DNA from: Pseudomonadota bacterium
GTDB lineage: Bacteria > Pseudomonadota > Alphaproteobacteria > Sphingomonadales > Sphingomonadaceae
NCBI GenBank assembly: GCA_030271565.1
Contig: JARXKR010000001.1
Coordinates: 1 to 46,329 of the forward strand
Direction: 5' to 3'
DNA: 46,329 nucleotides
Position numbers and translations under genes: made by a program. Positions 43,089-46,329 of the stretch are shown piece by piece; the first letter of the stretch is position 1, and the number at the start of each line of letters is the position of its first letter. The notes beneath the pieces were generated by a model. That model saw nothing but the letters and a program-made list of their open reading frames with translations, was not told where the DNA came from and searched no databases.

Positions 43089-43789
43089 TGCAAACGACCT
43101 TGCGTATTCTGTCCGTCCTGCTGCGCTATCCCGAAGAAGCCGTGCAAGAGGCCGCGCCTGTGCTGGCTGCCTTGCTGGCCGAAGACGGTGTGCTGTCCGC
43201 TGAGCAGCGCGCCGCACTGGTTCCGTTGATCGAAAAACTGGCCAATGACGACCTGCTAGACAGCCAGGAGGCCTATGTCGGTTTGTTCGACCGGGGCCGC
43301 GCGGTATCGCTCCACCTGTTTGAACATGTCCACGGTGAAAGCAGAGACCGCGGGCAGGCGATGGTCGATTTGCGCGACCGCTACGAAGCGCAAGGGCTGG
43401 AAATCGCGGCCAAAGAGCTGCCCGATTACCTGCCGCTGTTCCTCGAGTATCTCTCCGTGCTCCCACCCGAACAGGCGGCAAATGAACTTACCGAGCCGGG
43501 CGTGATCCTGTCTGCGCTGGCCGACCGGCTGGAGGAGAAGGGCACGCCTTATGCCGCGCCGATGCGGATCCTGGCCGATCTGGCCGGGGCCGGAGGCGAA
43601 GCTTTCCAGATCGCCCCGGCTGACAATCCGGACGATCTGGCCGCGCTCGACGCGGCGTGGGAGGAAGAGCAGGTGCGTTTTGACACGCCCGTAGGGCCCG
43701 ACGCGGGCGCGTCCTGTCCCAAGGTCGGCGCGATGCTGGATCGCATGCTCGATCCCGCCGTCTCCGTCCCGCAATCAGGGAACCTGTGA
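43088..43789 (+). CDS. narJ: Nitrate reductase molybdenum-cofactor assembly chaperone
   Basis: YVGLFDRGR..SLHLFEHVHGESRDRGQAM and ELPDYLPLFLE motifs. Confidence 0.97.
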
Positions 43790-43790
43790 C

Positions 43791-44486
43791 ATGAACGAGT
43801 ACCTCAATCACCTGCTGTTCGGCATTTACCCCTATATTGCTCTTGTGACATTGGCCCTCGGGTCGATCGTGCGGTTTGACCGCGAACCCTACAGCTGGCG
43901 CGCAGGCTCAAGCCAGTTGCTGCGGCGCAAGCAATTGATGTGGGGATCGGTGCTGTTCCACGTTGGCGTGCTGGTCGTCTTCTTCGGCCACGTGTTCGGT
44001 CTGCTGGTTCCGATCTGGGTGTTCGAAAGTTTTCACGTCAAGCATGAATGGAAGCAGGTTCTGGCGGTTGCTGCCGGGGGCGTGGCGGGCACGTTTTCAT
44101 TCATCGGGGCGACACTGCTGCTCCACCGGCGGCTGTTCGATCCGCGCATTCGCGTGAACTCGACCTTTGCCGACACGGGTATTCTGGTCCTGCTCTGGCT
44201 GCAGTTGTTTCTTGGCCTGGCCACGATCCCGGTTTCACTTGGTCATCTCGATGGCAAGGAGATGGTGAAATTCATGGCTTGGGCGAACGGCATCTTCACG
44301 TTCAATCAGGAAGCCTCGTCCTATATCGTCGGCTCGACCTGGATTTTTCGCGTTCACATCGTCCTCGGCCTGACCATCTTCCTGCTGTTTCCGTTCACGC
44401 GCCTCGTTCACATGCTCAGTGCTCCGCTACGCTACATCTGGCGGCCCGGATACCAGGTGGTTCGCTCGCGGAAGCTGACGTCATGA
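43791..44486 (+). CDS. narI: Respiratory nitrate reductase gamma subunit (cytochrome b)
   Basis: YPYIAL, SSQLL, LFHVG...GH and FPFTRLVH motifs. Confidence 0.98.
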   Translation: MNEYLNHLLFGIYPYIALVTLALGSIVRFDREPYSWRAGSSQLLRRKQLMWGSVLFHVGVLVVFFGHVFGLLVPIWVFESFHVKHEWKQVLAVAAGGVAGTFSFIGATLLLHRRLFDPRIRVNSTFADTGILVLLWLQLFLGLATIPVSLGHLDGKEMVKFMAWANGIFTFNQEASSYIVGSTWIFRVHIVLGLTIFLLFPFTRLVHMLSAPLRYIWRPGYQVVRSRKLTS

Positions 44487-45283
44487 TTGAGCAGCCGGTC
44501 ATCGTCGGCGGGCGAGAGATCTCCGCAGCCGCCATTGCCGCCGAAGCGCAGCACCATCCGGCACCTGACGCCGAAGCAGCGTGGACCGCAGCCGCACAGG
44601 CACTGGCGGTTCGCCAGTTGCTACTCGACGAGGCCGAACGGCTTGGTCTGGAAGCAGGCGAGCTGATCGATGCCAACGGTCAAACCCTGACCGAGGACGA
44701 CGCGCGGATCGAAGCGTTGCTGCGCCGCGAGGTTCATACGCCCGAAGCCGATGAGGCGACCTGTCGCCGTTTTTACGATCGCCAGACCGAGCGGTTCACC
44801 TCGCCCCCGCTGGCCGAGGCCGCGCATATCCTGATCGCTGCCGATCCGGCCGACGATTTCGCGATGGGACTTGCCGTGGGGGATGCACGGACGCTAATCC
44901 GCCAGTTGGAGGCAGATCCGTCAGTATTTGCCGAGCTGGCGCGAGCCCGTTCGGCCTGTCCTTCGCGTGAACAGGGCGGCAATCTGGGCCAGGTGCAGCC
45001 CGGACAGATGGTCAAGCCGTTCGAGGAGGCGCTGTTTGCGCTTCCCGAAAACACGCTGAACACTAGCCCGGTCAAGACCCGGTTCGGAGCGCACATCATC
45101 CGTTCCGGGCGACGGGCCGAAGGCCGGACCCTGCCGTTCGAAGCAGTTCACCAGACAATCGCGGACTATCTGGAAGAGGCGAGCTATCGCCGGGCTGCGG
45201 CCCAGTACGTTTCGATTCTGGCCGAGCAGGGCGGGGTCAGCGGCGTGACACTGGGCGGCGCTGACGGGGTGATGGTGCAGTAA
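44483..45283 (+). CDS. Parvulin-type peptidyl-prolyl isomerase (nar-associated)
   Basis: AHILI, SACPS..QGGNLG, FEEALF and KTRFGAHII motifs; ATGA overlap with narI. Confidence 0.9.
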   Translation: MIEQPVIVGGREISAAAIAAEAQHHPAPDAEAAWTAAAQALAVRQLLLDEAERLGLEAGELIDANGQTLTEDDARIEALLRREVHTPEADEATCRRFYDRQTERFTSPPLAEAAHILIAADPADDFAMGLAVGDARTLIRQLEADPSVFAELARARSACPSREQGGNLGQVQPGQMVKPFEEALFALPENTLNTSPVKTRFGAHIIRSGRRAEGRTLPFEAVHQTIADYLEEASYRRAAAQYVSILAEQGGVSGVTLGGADGVMVQ

Positions 45284-45284
45284 G

Positions 45285-46271
45285 ATGAGCCCTCCGCTTC
45301 ACGATGGCCAAGGACGGCGGTTCGAATACCTGCGGCTGTCGCTGACCGACGTCTGTAACTTCCGGTGCAGCTACTGCCTGCCCGACGGCTATCGCAAGCA
45401 GGCGGGGCAGCCGACCAATCTTTCGGTCGATGAAATCCGCCGACTGGTGACTGCATTTGCCCGGCTGGGTCTGTGGAAAGTCCGCCTGACCGGCGGCGAG
45501 CCCAGCCTGCGCCAAGAACTGCTGGAGATCGCCCGCACCGTTGCGGCGGTTCCCGGGATCCGCAAACTCGCGATGACCACCAACGGCTATCGGCTGGCAG
45601 ATCGCGCAGCCGACTATGCCGCAGCCGGGATCGATGCGCTCAATGTCAGCGTGGACTCGCTCGAACCGGCCAGATTTGCCGCGATCACCGGACACGACTG
45701 GCTGGGCGAGGTCCTTGGTGGGATCACCGCCGCCCGCAGGGCCGGAATTAGCGCGATCAAGCTCAACAGCGTGCTGATGCACGGCGTGAACGACGATGAG
45801 CTGAACAGCTTCACCGCCTTCGTTGCCGAACATGATCTGACGCTGCGCTTCATCGAGGTGATGCGCACCAACGACAATCCTGAGTTTTTCAATGACCATC
45901 ACCTGGCCGGTGCCGTGATCGCAGACCAGCTCGAACGGAGCGGCTGGCAGCGGTTGCCGCGCGAAGCCGGGGCCGGTCCCGCCATCGAGTTTGCCGCGCC
46001 GGGCGGGCGCGGCCGGATCGGGATCATCGCGCCCTATTCGAAGGATTTTTGCGCCAGTTGCAATCGGTTGCGGGTTTCGGCCAAAGGCAAGCTGCACCTG
46101 TGTCTGTTCGGCGATGTTGGCATCGATCTGAGGCCGCTGGTGCAGGATGACGCGCAGCTTGACGAGCTGACCGGGCGGATCGTTGCGCTGACCGCAACCA
46201 AGGCACCGGGGCACCGGCTCCACCAGGGCAATAGCGGAGCAACCCCGCACCTCGCGTCGATCGGAGGATAG
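45285..46271 (+). CDS. moaA: GTP 3',8-cyclase (molybdenum cofactor biosynthesis)
   Basis: CNFRCSYC radical-SAM motif, CASCNRLR...HLC second cluster and C-terminal GG. Confidence 0.97.
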   Translation: MSPPLHDGQGRRFEYLRLSLTDVCNFRCSYCLPDGYRKQAGQPTNLSVDEIRRLVTAFARLGLWKVRLTGGEPSLRQELLEIARTVAAVPGIRKLAMTTNGYRLADRAADYAAAGIDALNVSVDSLEPARFAAITGHDWLGEVLGGITAARRAGISAIKLNSVLMHGVNDDELNSFTAFVAEHDLTLRFIEVMRTNDNPEFFNDHHLAGAVIADQLERSGWQRLPREAGAGPAIEFAAPGGRGRIGIIAPYSKDFCASCNRLRVSAKGKLHLCLFGDVGIDLRPLVQDDAQLDELTGRIVALTATKAPGHRLHQGNSGATPHLASIGG

Positions 46272-46276
46272 CGGCA

Positions 46277-46329
46277 ATGCCCGGAATCGACCTGTCCATG
46301 CCATTCCATCCGCTGGGCATGGCAGTGCT
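46277..46329 (+). CDS. moaB: Probable molybdenum cofactor biosynthesis protein B, 5' end only
   Basis: MPGIDLSMPFHPLGMAV resembles the alphaproteobacterial MoaB N-terminus; GGAGG RBS inside the moaA end. Only 17 codons are visible. Confidence 0.55.
   Translation, partial: MPGIDLSMPFHPLGMAV

Noticed and set aside
44048-44482. N-terminal extension of the PPIase (411-aa ORF)
   Set aside because: It overlaps narI; the real start is ATG 44483.

Overview
GC-rich alphaproteobacterial DNA, most consistent with Sphingomonadales (inferred from gene content). Bases 1-6.8 kb are mostly core chromosome: a VapBC-type toxin-antitoxin pair, acpP-fabF-mltG, an aldo/keto reductase, an SdsA-type alkyl sulfatase and a 2H-phosphoesterase. 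An elongator tRNA-Met gene (6878-6954) follows, and everything after it looks like a decayed, mosaic genomic island. The island contains, in order: (1) att-like sequence and a strongly structured non-coding remnant; (2) a small frameshifted membrane-protein gene bracketed by 28-bp direct repeats; (3) a ~16-kb cluster with a full gamma-butyrobetaine to L-carnitine to glycine-betaine enzyme set, a GlxA/CdhR-type regulator and several unexplained accessory genes, with related palindromic repeats at both ends; (4) a crippled Ti-type mobilization module (DUF6118-like gene, traA lacking its relaxase half and frameshifted, two truncated traD copies); (5) a galM-GH43-galT-galK operon that starts inside traD; (6) an FNR-box-associated nitrate-respiration block (nnrS, a membrane protein, an alginate-export-like porin, fused narK1-narK2, narGHJI, a PPIase, moaA and the start of moaB). 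The best novelty candidates are the hairpin repeat family that may define capturable cargo, the expanded betaine/carnitine pathway, and a single FNR box placed about -41.5 from two divergent start codons. All family assignments come from motif recognition by eye; no database searches were run.
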